Source of the DNA: Ruditapes philippinarum
Taxonomy: Eukaryota
Reading direction: 5' to 3'
Assembly: GCF_026571515.1 (NCBI RefSeq)
Contig: NW_026859662.1
Location: 62,001 to 113,988, forward strand
Length of the DNA: 51,988 nucleotides
In this document: positions 51,654-51,988 of the stretch, piece by piece
Numbering within the stretch: the stretch's first letter is position 1
Layout of the letters: each line of letters begins with the position of its first letter
The notes under the pieces: generated by a model
Seen by the model: the letters and a program-made list of their open reading frames with translations, nothing else
Database searches by the model: none
Told to the model about the DNA's origin: nothing
Made by a program: the position numbers and the translations under genes

Positions 51654-51988
51654 GTTTTCTCTTTCAGTCTAGTCACGTGGGTTTAACTCGGTGTCTAGCA
51701 TGCTTTGACATGGTCAGAGTATCGCATTGTAACTTGGCCAGCAATTGGCTGAAAAAGTTCAGGGAAAAGGGTATGATTCAATTTATACATGACGTGATTG
51801 GATAAAAATGGGGTATTTTTAAGTATTATAACTAATTCAAAAAGCAACACTACATTGTTTTCTGAAGAAAATGAAATATTTCATGAGTCTCTATGATAAT
51901 TTTGACTTGGATATTTGCATTTATAAAAAGTGTATGTCAGTCCTGTGATCAGCATAAAATTTCAATGAAACTCCTCTTTGAAGTCATT

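Noticed and set aside
48000-51988. An eighth Mieap-like gene after gene 7, or in the gaps at 28.2-33.6 kb and 38-44.9 kb
   Set aside because: No exon with family motifs found by eye; only a non-coding leader exon or a very decayed copy could be hidden there.

Overview
AT-rich, intron-containing eukaryotic DNA; the repeat families resemble those of bivalve molluscs (inferred from repeat style, not established). The window holds a head-to-tail array of seven divergent paralogous genes, all on the + strand; gene 1 is cut by the window start. Each ends in a Mieap/SPATA18-type C-terminal domain (Pfam MIEAP-like motifs YDNEW, W-x-M-x-x-x-x-PP, F/Y-x-x-Y-T, VWP, KG-V/I). I rebuilt the exons by hand from GT-AG sites. 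The copies share one plan: an N-terminal helical exon, a hypervariable linker ending in a phase-2 intron, then four domain exons joined by phase-0 introns. Gene 3 has an extra intron and a frameshift in its last exon. Gene 4 has a tandemly duplicated exon (candidate mutually exclusive pair) and an in-frame stop in its putative first coding exon. Introns and spacers contain non-autonomous DNA transposons (two IS3EU-like foldbacks with 6-bp TSDs, a Sola2-like MITE, Crypton-like and Helentron-like remnants), tRNA-derived SINE fragments and minisatellites. No rRNA, intact tRNA, CRISPR array or autonomous transposase was seen. Most supplied ORFs are exon-plus-intron read-throughs or spurious.
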